A stretch of DNA of 64,000 nucleotides from Candidatus Tepidifontimicrobium thermophilum (GCA_031459915.1 JAVKHO010000004.1:32001-96000), one strand, 5' to 3'; counted from the first letter of the stretch, positions 10,687 through 20,352 are shown. Notes: generated by a model not told the origin, from the sequence alone. A program made the numbers and translations.

Positions 10687-10746
10687 CCCTCGCCTCCCTA
10701 AACCACCGGCCCGTCCCTTCGGGTCACGAGCCCCTCCGACACGGCG

Positions 10747-11361
10747 TCAGCGGGCCTGTCCCAGCAGCCGCAGCCACAGCGCGGTGCGGCACGCGTCCTC
10801 CAGGTACTCGCTCAGATACAGCGCCTCCTCCAGGTCCGCTCCCACGGTGACCGTGCCGTGCTCCGCGAGGATGACCGCCCGCATCCCCGGGCTGCCGAGC
10901 GCCTCACCGACGGCCTCCGCGAGCTCCCGGCTCCCCGAGGGAGCAGGAGGCACCAGACTCAGCCGACCGCCCAGGAAGGTGCGGGCGGCCCCCGTGTGGA
11001 GAGGCGGCAGCTGGCGGGCGGCGGCGAACACCAGGGCGTAAGGGGGGTGCAGGTGCACCACTGCCCCCACGTCCGGCCTGCGGCGGTACACCTCCAGGTG
11101 GAAGAAACGCTCCTTGGAGGGCCGGAGCTCAGACTCCTCTACCAGGTTGCCCTCCAGGTCCATGAGCAGCACGTCCCGGGCAGTGAGCTGTCCCAGGGAC
11201 ATCCCCGTGGCCTTGATCAACACCCGGTCCTGCCCGGGCACCCGGCAGCTCAGGTTCCCGCTGATCCCGGGCGCCAGCCCGAGCCGGTACGCCCGCCGGG
11301 AAACCGCGGCCAGCTTGCGCCGCAGCCGTTCCAGCTCCGCAGGGTCCGTCACGGTTGCCAC
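10747..11361 (-). CDS. Class II aldolase/adducin-family protein
   Basis: SGNLS, PSKE..FH, AVVHLHP, LAEHG. Confidence 0.9.
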   Translation of the reverse strand: MATVTDPAELERLRRKLAAVSRRAYRLGLAPGISGNLSCRVPGQDRVLIKATGMSLGQLTARDVLLMDLEGNLVEESELRPSKERFFHLEVYRRRPDVGAVVHLHPPYALVFAAARQLPPLHTGAARTFLGGRLSLVPPAPSGSRELAEAVGEALGSPGMRAVILAEHGTVTVGADLEEALYLSEYLEDACRTALWLRLLGQAR

Positions 11362-12269
11362 GCCCGCTCCGGGAAGTCCGCGTGGGAGACCTCCACGGGG
11401 AACTTCCGCACCTCCTCCACGAAGTCGGCCAGGTGGCGGGCCATGCGGCGGAAGATCTCCATCCCCTTCTGGGGGTTGGCCCGGAAGGGGTTGCCGATCA
11501 CCGCGGTGTCGGAGTACTCGTGGTGCTCCATGGGCACCCAGATGTTCTCCGACTCCTGGAAGATCACGGTCCCCGTGCCGTCCACCTTCGAGAACTTCTC
11601 GCCCATCCAGCGGGGCGCGTGGGCCCGGTCCGCCACCGCCCGCCGCATGTCCACCAGGGCCTCGTGGACCGCCATCACGCAGGACGTTTCGAGCTCGCTG
11701 CTGTGCCAGCCCGGGGTCTCCTCCGGCGGGTTCTCCAGCACCCCTCGCAGGACGTTCACCTCCCGCTCCGTGGGGGTCTTGTAGAAGGCGAAGAACGCCC
11801 CGGTGCGGTAACGGAGGTACCGCAGGATCTCGTCGATGGGCTTGGTGTTGGAGCCGTGGTGGCTTACGAACACGATCCGGCGGAACCCGTGGAACACGAG
11901 GCTGAGGGCCACGTCGTGCATGACCCGGCGGTAGGTCTCCGCCTGCAGGGTGATGGTGCCCGCCCCCTCCAGAAGCCGGCCCATGTGGTGGGGGGAGTAC
12001 CCGAAGGGCATCAGGGGCGCGTACAGGCAGTCTGCCATCTCCGCGGCCATCACCACCGCGGTCATGGTGATGTAGCTGTCCGTGCCGAGGGGGATGTGGG
12101 CGCCGTGCTTCTCGGTGCTGCCCAGGGGGACCAGCACCACGTCCTGTCCGGGCTCCCGCAGGCGCTCGGCCACCTCCGCGTAGGACATGCTCAGCAGGTT
12201 GCGTTTGCGGCCGTCCGGGGGGACGTCCGCGGCGAAGTACCGGTGGTAAGCGGGCTCGTGGGTTGCCAA
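11349..12269 (-). CDS. Creatininase-family amidohydrolase
   Basis: PLGSTEKHGAHIPLGTD, HHGSN, HSSELETS; TTG start at 12269 follows AGGAGG. Confidence 0.9.
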   Translation of the reverse strand: MATHEPAYHRYFAADVPPDGRKRNLLSMSYAEVAERLREPGQDVVLVPLGSTEKHGAHIPLGTDSYITMTAVVMAAEMADCLYAPLMPFGYSPHHMGRLLEGAGTITLQAETYRRVMHDVALSLVFHGFRRIVFVSHHGSNTKPIDEILRYLRYRTGAFFAFYKTPTEREVNVLRGVLENPPEETPGWHSSELETSCVMAVHEALVDMRRAVADRAHAPRWMGEKFSKVDGTGTVIFQESENIWVPMEHHEYSDTAVIGNPFRANPQKGMEIFRRMARHLADFVEEVRKFPVEVSHADFPERAWQP

Positions 12270-12286
12270 CGCTGCTCCTCCTGTCT

Positions 12287-12314
12287 GCAAAGGTTTGTGG
12301 AAAAGGATTTCCAC
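12287..12314. promoter_or_regulatory. Tandem candidate LacI-type operators
   Basis: GCAAAGGTTTGT (12287-12298) and inverted repeat GTGGAAA-AGGA-TTTCCAC (12297-12314), just upstream of the creatininase RBS. Confidence 0.55.
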
Positions 12315-12393
12315 CTCCGGGGGCTGTTTCCTCCTGGAGGTCCCGTTTTCCTGCCTGGGAAGCGGCTCCTCTGGCGCAGTCCCCTGCGGGGCT

Positions 12394-13263
12394 TCAGCGC
12401 CGCAGCAGGGCGCTACCGTACAGCCCCGTCGGCTTCCACAGGAGGATGAGCAGCATCGCCGCAAACGGCGCCATCTGGGCCAGGGGCGCGTACACCAGGG
12501 ACCCTAAGGAGACCACCTGCCCCACCAGGAAGGCGGACACCAGGGTGCCTTTGAGGCTGCCCAGCCCGCCGATGATTACCACCATGAAGACGAAGGGGAC
12601 CACCTCCAGGCCCATCTGCGGGTCCACCATGACCAGGGGACCGTGCAGCGCGCCTGCCAGCCCGGACAGCACCCCCGCCCCCACGAAGGTCCCGGTGAAC
12701 AGCCGGTACACGTCCACGCCCAGGCCCTCCACCTGGTCCACGTCCTCCACCGCGGCCCGGATGGCGGTGCCCACGATGGTGCGGTTCAGCAGCCACTGGA
12801 TGGCGCCGTAGACCGCGCCCGCGATACCGATCACGATGATCCGGTACACGGGGACGTTCACCCCCAGCAGGGCCACCTGGGCCTCCACGGGGATCCCCAT
12901 GGGGCGGGGCACTAGGCCCCACACGTACTTGATGGCGCCCACCCCCGCCACCAGGATCCCGAAGGAGGTGATCATGGTGAAGGTAATCTCCCGGGCGTAG
13001 ATGCGGTCGAACACCCACCGCTCCACCACCCAGCTCAACGCGCCCGCGGCCAGGGCCCCGCACAGCATGGCGGGCCAGGTGAGCCCCGTACTCACGTTGA
13101 CCTGATAGGCCACGTAGGCCCCCAGGGAGTAGTACAGGAGCTGGTCCAGGCTGATGATGCGCATCAGCCCGAAGCACAGGGACAGGCCCGCGGCCAGCAG
13201 GAAGAAGATGCTCCCCATGCTGAGCCCGTAGACCACGCCGGAGATCCACAGGTGCGCGTCCAC
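12394..13263 (-). CDS. Branched-chain-amino-acid-type ABC permease (LivH-like)
   Basis: AAGLSLCFGLM; GTAIRA; VIIGGLGS; KPTGLYG. Confidence 0.9.
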   Translation of the reverse strand: MDAHLWISGVVYGLSMGSIFFLLAAGLSLCFGLMRIISLDQLLYYSLGAYVAYQVNVSTGLTWPAMLCGALAAGALSWVVERWVFDRIYAREITFTMITSFGILVAGVGAIKYVWGLVPRPMGIPVEAQVALLGVNVPVYRIIVIGIAGAVYGAIQWLLNRTIVGTAIRAAVEDVDQVEGLGVDVYRLFTGTFVGAGVLSGLAGALHGPLVMVDPQMGLEVVPFVFMVVIIGGLGSLKGTLVSAFLVGQVVSLGSLVYAPLAQMAPFAAMLLILLWKPTGLYGSALLRR

Positions 13264-13273
13264 GCGCGGCCTC

Positions 13274-14242
13274 CTACTCCTGCAGCGCCGGGGCCGGCCG
13301 GCGCCACGCCCACCGCCGGCGCAACCACGGCTCCAGGGTGCCCCAGATCCCCCGCTCGCCGGCCAGCATGATCACCACCAGCAGCAGGCCCACGAAGAAC
13401 TCCCAGTTCCCCACGACCCCGCTCACGAGGTCCTTCATACCCACGTAGGCCAGCGCTCCCACCAGGGGCCCGTACAGGGTGCCCGTGCCTCCGAGGATGG
13501 TGACCACCACGGGGTCTGCGGCCCGGGCGGCGCTGGCCATCTCCGGGCTCACGAATCCGAAGTACACCCCGTACAGGCTGCCGGCCAGCGCCGCGGTGGT
13601 ATTGGCGAGGACGAAGGCCGTCCACCGGATCTTGAAGTCGTGGTAGCCGAGGAACTTCACCTTGTCCTCGTTGGTCTTGGTCGCCAGGCAGCACGCCCCG
13701 AACACCGTGTCGTCCAGGGCTTTGTACAGGGCCCACACCGCCACCGCCACCAGCCAGGCGAACCACACGAAGCCGTCCGGCCGGGTCAGGTCCAGCACGG
13801 GCGTGGAGGTCATCCGGTCCAGGAACCACAGGCCGTTGTCGCCTTTGGTGATGGGGGCCAGGACCTTCTGCATCAGGTGGTAAACGATCACCGCCAGGGC
13901 CAGGTTCACGAGGGCGAAGTAGTCGCTCCGCAGCCGGACGAACACCAGGCCTACCACCGCGGAAAAGAGCAAGCCACTCGCGAGGCCGGCCAGGATGCCC
14001 AGTAGGGGGTCACGCCCGAAGTAGTAGAGGTAGAAGGCCGTTCCGTACGCGCCCGCGGCCAGGTACGCGGGCTGGCCGAACGAGATGAACCCCACGCGCC
14101 CCAGGAGGAAGTTGCAGGCCATGGTGTACACGGAGAAGATGAGGACCTCCACCAGAAAGGGCAGGGGGAGGACCCACCGCGCCACGGCCAGGACCCCGAA
14201 GGGGATGAGGATCCCTGCCCACCAACGCAGCCGACGGCTCAC
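13274..14242 (-). CDS. Branched-chain-amino-acid-type ABC permease (LivM-like)
   Basis: GFISFGQ; RLRSDYFAL; ILGGTGTLYGP. Confidence 0.9.
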   Translation of the reverse strand: MSRRLRWWAGILIPFGVLAVARWVLPLPFLVEVLIFSVYTMACNFLLGRVGFISFGQPAYLAAGAYGTAFYLYYFGRDPLLGILAGLASGLLFSAVVGLVFVRLRSDYFALVNLALAVIVYHLMQKVLAPITKGDNGLWFLDRMTSTPVLDLTRPDGFVWFAWLVAVAVWALYKALDDTVFGACCLATKTNEDKVKFLGYHDFKIRWTAFVLANTTAALAGSLYGVYFGFVSPEMASAARAADPVVVTILGGTGTLYGPLVGALAYVGMKDLVSGVVGNWEFFVGLLLVVIMLAGERGIWGTLEPWLRRRWAWRRPAPALQE

Positions 14243-14934
14243 AGGTACGCCTCCACCGCGCCGGAGCGGATGGCGTCGGGGTCGGTGATCTCCGCCACCA
14301 CCCGCCCCTCCTTGACCGCGTACACCACATCTGCCACGCGGCCCACCAGGGGCAGGTTCTGCTCCACCATGAGGAGGGTCGCCTGACCCTTCAGCTCCTC
14401 GAACACACGCCCCAGCTGCTCCACCACCGCAGGAGCCAAGCCCTCGGTGGGCTCGTCGATGAGCAGGACCTTCGGCCGGCCCAGCAGGGCCCGGCCGATC
14501 ATCAGCATCTGGCGCTCCCCGCCGCTCAGGTACCCGCCCTTTCGGTCCAGCAGCCCCTTCAGCCGGGGGAAGTACTTGAACACCACGTCCCAGTCCCAGT
14601 CCCCGGTGGCGTAGCTGGCCAGGCGCAGGTTCTCCCGCACGGTGAGGTCCGCGAACACCCGCTTGTCCTGCTGGACGTAGCGGATCCCCATCCGCGCCAC
14701 CTCGTAGGGCTTCCGGCCCACCAGGTCTACGCTCCCGTAGCGCACCGACCCGGCCCGCGGGCGGAGGAAGCCTGCGATGGTCCGCAGCAGGGTGGTCTTG
14801 CCGGCACCGTTTCGTCCTACGCAGGCCGCCAGCCGGCCGCGGGGCACCGCCAGGTGCACGTCGAACAGCACCTGGGCTTCGCCGTACCCCACGTGCAGGC
14901 CCTCCACCACCAACGCTCCGTCGGGGTGGCTCAT
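14239..14934 (-). CDS. ABC ATPase (LivF-like)
   Basis: GRNGAGKTT, LSGGE, IDEPTEGLAP, VEQN; ATG at 14934 overlaps the upstream stop. Confidence 0.9.
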   Translation of the reverse strand: MSHPDGALVVEGLHVGYGEAQVLFDVHLAVPRGRLAACVGRNGAGKTTLLRTIAGFLRPRAGSVRYGSVDLVGRKPYEVARMGIRYVQQDKRVFADLTVRENLRLASYATGDWDWDVVFKYFPRLKGLLDRKGGYLSGGERQMLMIGRALLGRPKVLLIDEPTEGLAPAVVEQLGRVFEELKGQATLLMVEQNLPLVGRVADVVYAVKEGRVVAEITDPDAIRSGAVEAYL

Positions 14935-15713
14935 GCGGACTCCGCCCCCACCCGCCAGTAGCTGCGCCGCACCTCGGGGTCCTGCAGGCACTCCTCCGGC
15001 CTGCCCTCGGCGATCACCCGGCCCTCGTGCAGGACCACCAGCCGCTCCACGAACCCCAGCAGGTGCGACACCTTGTGCTCCACCACCACCATGGATCGCT
15101 GCCCCACTTGAGACCGCAGCACGTCCATCACTTGGTGGATCTCCGCCTCGCTGAGGCCTGCCAGGGGCTCGTCCAGCATCAGTACCCGGGGCTCCGACAG
15201 GATGGCCATGGCGATCTCCAGCCGCCGTTTCTCTCCGAGGCTGAGGTGGCGGACGAGCCGGTCCCGCTGGCTGACCAACTGGAAGCGCTCCAGCACCTCC
15301 TGCACCCGAGGGTCGTCGTAGTACCGACGTCGCGGCGCCGTCAGCAGCACCCGCACGTTCGCACCGGAGTGCAGCCGGCTGAAGCGTGCCAGGACGAGGT
15401 TGTCCAGGACGGACAGGGCGTCGAAGGTGGAGGCCAGCTGGAAGGTGCGCACCAATCCGAGGCCCACGCGATGCTGCGGCGGGGCGTGGGTCACATCCTG
15501 GCCCAGGTAGACCACCCGGCCCTCGTCCGGGGGGTGGTAACCGGTCACCAGGTTGAAGAAAGTGGTCTTCCCGGCGCCGTTGGGCCCCACGATGCCGGCC
15601 ACCTCTCCCTCGCGGAGGGAGAAGTTCACGTGGTCCACGGCCACGAAGGACCCGAACCGCTTCGTGAGGTCCACGGTGCGTAGGATCTCCGCGCTCAAGT
15701 CTAGCTCCGGCAC
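14931..15713 (-). CDS. ABC ATPase (LivG-like)
   Basis: GPNGAGKTT, RTFQ, LDEPLAGL, VEH; start codon approximate. Confidence 0.88.
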   Translation of the reverse strand: MPELDLSAEILRTVDLTKRFGSFVAVDHVNFSLREGEVAGIVGPNGAGKTTFFNLVTGYHPPDEGRVVYLGQDVTHAPPQHRVGLGLVRTFQLASTFDALSVLDNLVLARFSRLHSGANVRVLLTAPRRRYYDDPRVQEVLERFQLVSQRDRLVRHLSLGEKRRLEIAMAILSEPRVLMLDEPLAGLSEAEIHQVMDVLRSQVGQRSMVVVEHKVSHLLGFVERLVVLHEGRVIAEGRPEECLQDPEVRRSYWRVGAESA

Positions 15714-15766
15714 GCCGCGGGCCCGCCCCGCGGCGGGCCCGCGGTTCCCTCCGGGTACGGGGCGGC

Positions 15767-17011
15767 TCAGTACCCGAGCGCCTTCAGGGGCGGCAGCACC
15801 TCCTCGCCCCCCTGGGCGCCCACCACCTGGAACAGGTCCCACTCGTGTCTCTGCTCGCCAGGCCCCTTGCCCTTCACCAGGAACGCGGCGAAGCGGTAGA
15901 TCACCGAGTGATCCTTCCGCCACTGGGCCGGCCCCTTCACGGTCTGGAAGATGGGCTTGGCCATGAGGGCTGCCGCAACCTTCCCGGGCTCCAGGGAGCC
16001 AGACTGTTCGAACCCGCGGAACATCTCCTGCATGGCGGTGTACGCGATGGTGGCGTAGGCGTCGGGCGGGGTGCGGTAGCGCGCCTGGTACTGCTGCGTG
16101 TATGTCTGCGCGCTCTTCGCCACGGGCGAACCGCCCAGGAAGCGGTCGAGGTCGTAGTAGAAGTAGTGCATGGCGTACACGTCCTTCAGGGCCTCCGGCG
16201 GAAGCCCCTTGGCCACCACGTTGGTGATGAAGGCGTTGAAGATGGTCATCTCCCGGTTCAGGCCCATCTGGTAAGTCTGCTTCAGGAGGGCCACCGCGTC
16301 CGCGGCGAACTGGGCGGAGATGAACACGTCCGGCCGGGCTGCCCGCACCTTCTGGAGGACCGTGGTGAAGTCCGTGGTCCCCAAGGGCACCTCATCATAC
16401 CCCACGATCTGCGCCCCGAACTTCTCCGCGGCCGCCCGGGTCCCGTCCCGCATGTCCCAGCCCCAGCTGTCCGCGCGGGCCAGGAAGAAGATCCGCTTCT
16501 TGCCCAGCACCTGGATCGCCGCGGACCCGGCCATGTAGCCTACGGTCCAGGGGCTGAAGGTCACCGCGAAGGTGGTGTCCGCGAGCTTGCCCCGCTCGAA
16601 GGCCTCCTTGGCCATCACGCACACCGGGAAGTACGGCATAGGCTCCCGCTTGACCACCGCGTTGATGGCGTAGGCGAGAGGGGCCCACGTCTGTCCCACG
16701 ACCCCCACCACACCCTGCTCGACAAGGTAGCGGTACCGGCGGACGCCCACGTCCAGCTTCGCTTCGTCGTCCGCCACCACCCCTTCCACGCGGACTCGGC
16801 CCCACGGCATGCGCAGGCCGCCCTTCTCGTTGACCTGCTCGATGGCCAGCATCGCACCGTTCCGCTGGGTCTCCGCCACCGCGGCGAACGGCCCTGTGAG
16901 GGGAAGCAGGATCCCGATCTTGACCGTGCTCGGGTTGGCCGCCCCTGCCAGCGCGGAAGCCGCCAGGGCAGCGCACACCAACAGCGCCAGCACGACTACA
17001 GCTCCTCTCAT
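15767..17011 (-). CDS. ABC substrate-binding protein (LivJ/K type-1 periplasmic fold)
   Basis: Signal peptide; KIGILLPLTGPFA; TTDFTTVLQKV. Confidence 0.88.
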   Translation of the reverse strand: MRGAVVVLALLVCAALAASALAGAANPSTVKIGILLPLTGPFAAVAETQRNGAMLAIEQVNEKGGLRMPWGRVRVEGVVADDEAKLDVGVRRYRYLVEQGVVGVVGQTWAPLAYAINAVVKREPMPYFPVCVMAKEAFERGKLADTTFAVTFSPWTVGYMAGSAAIQVLGKKRIFFLARADSWGWDMRDGTRAAAEKFGAQIVGYDEVPLGTTDFTTVLQKVRAARPDVFISAQFAADAVALLKQTYQMGLNREMTIFNAFITNVVAKGLPPEALKDVYAMHYFYYDLDRFLGGSPVAKSAQTYTQQYQARYRTPPDAYATIAYTAMQEMFRGFEQSGSLEPGKVAAALMAKPIFQTVKGPAQWRKDHSVIYRFAAFLVKGKGPGEQRHEWDLFQVVGAQGGEEVLPPLKALGY

Positions 17012-17044
17012 CGCACACCCCCAGCCAGCGTGCTGCCGTGCCCT

Positions 17045-17060
17045 ATATCGTATATCATAG
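17045..17060. promoter_or_regulatory. Candidate operator and -10 element of the LIV-type operon
   Basis: AT-rich ATATCGTATATCATAG, 12/16 identical to the palindrome at 2108; TATGAT on the minus strand. Confidence 0.55.
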
Positions 17061-17120
17061 AAGCGCCACCAGCGCCAGACGGTCCGCGACACGTCCAGCT
17101 CCTCCGCGGCGGAGGAAAGG

Positions 17121-17582
17121 CTACAGCCGGACGCTGAACACCACGGTGAGGTTGGGGGCCTGCGGCCCTGTCAGGATCACCGTCAGCCTCGAGCCCTCCT
17201 CCTCCACCCGGAGGGGCACGACCACCAGAGTCCCCACCGGGATGGCCACCACCGTCTGGACCGGCACCAGGTAGAAGATCCGGCCCCGCAGCTTGGCTCC
17301 CGCGGGCGTGCTCAGCCGCACCAGCTGGCCGGGCGGGATGCGCACCTCGGGGTCCAGGAACGCCAGGAACGTGCCCTCGCGGTCGCGCACCAGCCCCACC
17401 ACGTAGCAACGATCCCGCACCACCACCGCGCCAGTCCCCCACACCAGAGCCCGACTGGTGCAGAAGACTTCCCCTGCCCGGTACAGCTTCACCCGCCGGG
17501 CCTTCGGCCCTGCCACAGCGACCCCGCCCACCAGCAACACGGCCAGCAGGGCAACCCCGACCCTTTGCACGACCCGCATCAT
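17121..17582 (-). CDS. Hypothetical secreted beta-rich protein
   Basis: Signal peptide, two Cys, GGAGG RBS, GC3-biased codons. Confidence 0.6.
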   Translation of the reverse strand: MMRVVQRVGVALLAVLLVGGVAVAGPKARRVKLYRAGEVFCTSRALVWGTGAVVVRDRCYVVGLVRDREGTFLAFLDPEVRIPPGQLVRLSTPAGAKLRGRIFYLVPVQTVVAIPVGTLVVVPLRVEEEGSRLTVILTGPQAPNLTVVFSVRL

Positions 17583-17615
17583 CCCCGCACCTCCAGAAAG
17601 AACTCCCCGGGCAAA

Positions 17616-18698
17616 CTACGTCCGAGTTCGCGTGCGGGTTCTCCTATCCTCCCCGGCCGCCGCGCTCTCTATGAGATCCGCTCCGGCCTCGTCACCGGAA
17701 AAGTCCATCACCCGCGATTTCGGAACCGCCAGCAACACCTGTCCTGGGCGCACCGGCTCCCGCCCGTCCGCCATGACCATGGTGTCCCCGACCCGGACGT
17801 AGGCTCGATACACGGCCCCCAGAAACAGACAGTCCACCACCTCCCCGGGCGTCCAGACCGCGCCTGCCGGAGGAGGGGAACCGGCAGGCAACAGGGCGAC
17901 GTCCTCTGCGCGGAACAGGAGCCGGCCCCGCTCACGCGGCTGGATCCGCCCACCCTCCGCCACCGTGCCCGGGAGCACGTTGGTGGACCCCAGGAACTCC
18001 GCGACGAACGGATCCCGGGGCCTGGCGTACACGTCCTCCGGTCTCCCCGCCTGCACCACCCGACCCCCCTCCATCACGACCAGCACGTCCGCGATGCTCA
18101 GGGCTTCCTCCTGGTCGTGGGTCACGTAGACGGTGGTGATTCCCGTGCGACGCTGCAGGGCCCGGATCTCCACCCGGACCCGGTGGCGGACCTTGGCGTC
18201 CAGGTTGCTCAGGGGTTCGTCGAGCAGCAAAAGCCGCGGCCGGACCGCGATGGCCCGGGCCAGGGCGACCCGCTGCTGCTGGCCCCCGGACAGCTCTCGA
18301 GGCCGGCGGGACTCGATTCCCGGCACGCGATCCAGCTCTACCAAAGCCAGGGCCTCCCGCACCCGGTCCCGGACTTCGTGGGAGGGCAGCCGCCGCAGGC
18401 GAAGCCCGAAGGCCACGTTGTCGAAGACGGTCATGTGAGGCCACAAGGCGTAGTTCTGAAACACCAGGGCGCAGTCGCGCGCCTGAGGGGGGAAGTCCGT
18501 GACGTCTCGCCCGTCCATCCACACCCGCCCCTGGTCCGGACGCACGAACCCCGCGAGAACCCTCAACAGCGTGGTCTTCCCGCACCCTGACGGGCCCACC
18601 ACCGCGGTCAACGCGCCTTTGGGGAACGTGTGGGTGACGCCCGCGAGGGCGGCGACACGGCCGAACCGTTTCTCGAGCTTCTCGACCCGAACTTCCAC
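17616..18698 (-). CDS. ABC ATPase (PotA/FbpC-like)
   Basis: GPSGCGKTT, FQNYALWPHM, LSGGQQQR, VTHDQEEA; GTG start after GGAGG. Confidence 0.92.
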   Translation of the reverse strand: MEVRVEKLEKRFGRVAALAGVTHTFPKGALTAVVGPSGCGKTTLLRVLAGFVRPDQGRVWMDGRDVTDFPPQARDCALVFQNYALWPHMTVFDNVAFGLRLRRLPSHEVRDRVREALALVELDRVPGIESRRPRELSGGQQQRVALARAIAVRPRLLLLDEPLSNLDAKVRHRVRVEIRALQRRTGITTVYVTHDQEEALSIADVLVVMEGGRVVQAGRPEDVYARPRDPFVAEFLGSTNVLPGTVAEGGRIQPRERGRLLFRAEDVALLPAGSPPPAGAVWTPGEVVDCLFLGAVYRAYVRVGDTMVMADGREPVRPGQVLLAVPKSRVMDFSGDEAGADLIESAAAGEDRRTRTRTRT

Positions 18699-18709
18699 GC
18701 GGCGACCTC

Positions 18710-19525
18710 CTACAGGTGGCCGAAGAACGCCAGGTACTCCGCCCGCAGGAACCGCTCCAGCAGCAGCAGCAGGACGACCCCCGGCGCCATCAAGATGAGG
18801 GCCGTCACCGACGCGATCTGAAGCTCGTACCCCAGGCTCGCCGTGTACATGTACACGGGCAAGGTCGTCACGTACGGGGCGCCCACCAGTAGCGTCCCGT
18901 TGAACTCGTCCAGGGAGTGAAGGAACACCAGAATTGCGCTGGCCGCCACACCGGGCAGGGCGAGCGGCAACGCGATGCGGAAGAAGGTCCGCGTTGCGGA
19001 AGCTCCCAGGTTCAGAGCCGCTTCCTCCAGTTCGGGGCCGACGGCCCGGAACGCGGCCGTGAGGGTCCACACCGCGTACACCAGACCCCCCACCAGGTGG
19101 ATCAAGACGACGCCGGGGACGGTGCCCGCGAGGTTCCACCGGTAGAACAGCACGGTGGCGCTGGCGAACACCGGGAGCTGGGGAAACGCCTGAGGGAGGA
19201 CGAACAGCGTCAGCACCGCGGCCCCGGCAGGCAGGCGCCTGCGGGCGGCCAGGTAACTGACGGGCAGCGCCGCTACCAGGGCGAGCACCGTGGTGATGGT
19301 GGCGATGGTCACCCCCCGGGTGAGTGCCCGGAGTGGGTCTCCCTGCAGCATCCGCAGCCAGTACTTCAAGCCCAACTGCTGCGGGAAGGGCGCGGGCCAG
19401 TGCCACCGCTCGGCCAGCGACCAGACCACCAGGCTGAGCAGCGGGCCCAGGATCACGACCAGCACGAGTGTCCCGAGGGCGGCCCGCAGCGTCACCGCCA
19501 ACAGACTCCGGCCCGCCACGCTCAT
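18710..19525 (-). CDS. ABC permease (PotC-like)
   Basis: EAA loop LEEAALNLGA; TLPV. Confidence 0.9.
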   Translation of the reverse strand: MSVAGRSLLAVTLRAALGTLVLVVILGPLLSLVVWSLAERWHWPAPFPQQLGLKYWLRMLQGDPLRALTRGVTIATITTVLALVAALPVSYLAARRRLPAGAAVLTLFVLPQAFPQLPVFASATVLFYRWNLAGTVPGVVLIHLVGGLVYAVWTLTAAFRAVGPELEEAALNLGASATRTFFRIALPLALPGVAASAILVFLHSLDEFNGTLLVGAPYVTTLPVYMYTASLGYELQIASVTALILMAPGVVLLLLLERFLRAEYLAFFGHL

Positions 19526-20352
19526 CGGGCCACCGAACGTAGGTAAGCGTAGACGGCGCCTGAAGCCATTACGTAGGACACCACCCCCAGGGCGCTCGCC
19601 ACGCCGAAGTCACCGTGCTGGCCGAAGCGGTAGTAGAGGTCGACCATCAGCATCTGGGGCCCCGAGCCACGACTCATGAGCAAAGGGATCGAGAACGAGG
19701 CCAGCATCGAGGTCAGGGTGAGGACCGTCGCGAGAGCGAGGGAGGTCGCGGACATGGGGACCAGCACCGCCCAGATCTGGCGCAGGATGCCGGCCCCGAA
19801 TCCCTGGGCCGCCTCCAGGTAGCTGTCGTCCACCCCGCGGAAGGCGCCGACGAGAAGCAGAACCACCAGGGCCAAGTGCTTCCAGGTGAGGGCTAGGACT
19901 AGCCCCAACCAGCCTTCTCCGATTCCCAGCCGGGCACCTGAAGGCACCAGTCCCACCGCGGAGAGCGCCAGGGCCAGCGTGCCGCTGGGCTGGAGGAACA
20001 CCCGCATGGCGTGCCCCGTCACGACGAACGGCACGAACAGGGGGACCTTGAGGAGGAACTCCACCCACGGCCACGCGCGTAGCCGCAGGTACCCCGCCAG
20101 GTGGATCCCAGCGCCGAAGGTGAGGGTGACGCCCGCGCCGGCGACTCCCAAGGTATAGAGGACGTCCCGTCCGTACAGTCGGGCCACGATGGCGTAGTTC
20201 TCCAGCGTCACGCGCCCCTCCCGGACGAAGGAGGCCACCAGGGACTGCAGGAGCGGCAGGCCGAACGCCACGCCGAGCACCGCCACCGCGGGCAGGGTGG
20301 CAAGGACCCAAGCCCACCGCTCCCACCGGTGCGCCTCGGTGGCCAGGCTCAC
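19522..20352 (-). CDS. ABC permease (PotB-like)
   Basis: YLEAAQGFGA EAA loop; hydrophobic segments. Confidence 0.88.
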   Translation of the reverse strand: MSLATEAHRWERWAWVLATLPAVAVLGVAFGLPLLQSLVASFVREGRVTLENYAIVARLYGRDVLYTLGVAGAGVTLTFGAGIHLAGYLRLRAWPWVEFLLKVPLFVPFVVTGHAMRVFLQPSGTLALALSAVGLVPSGARLGIGEGWLGLVLALTWKHLALVVLLLVGAFRGVDDSYLEAAQGFGAGILRQIWAVLVPMSATSLALATVLTLTSMLASFSIPLLMSRGSGPQMLMVDLYYRFGQHGDFGVASALGVVSYVMASGAVYAYLRSVAR

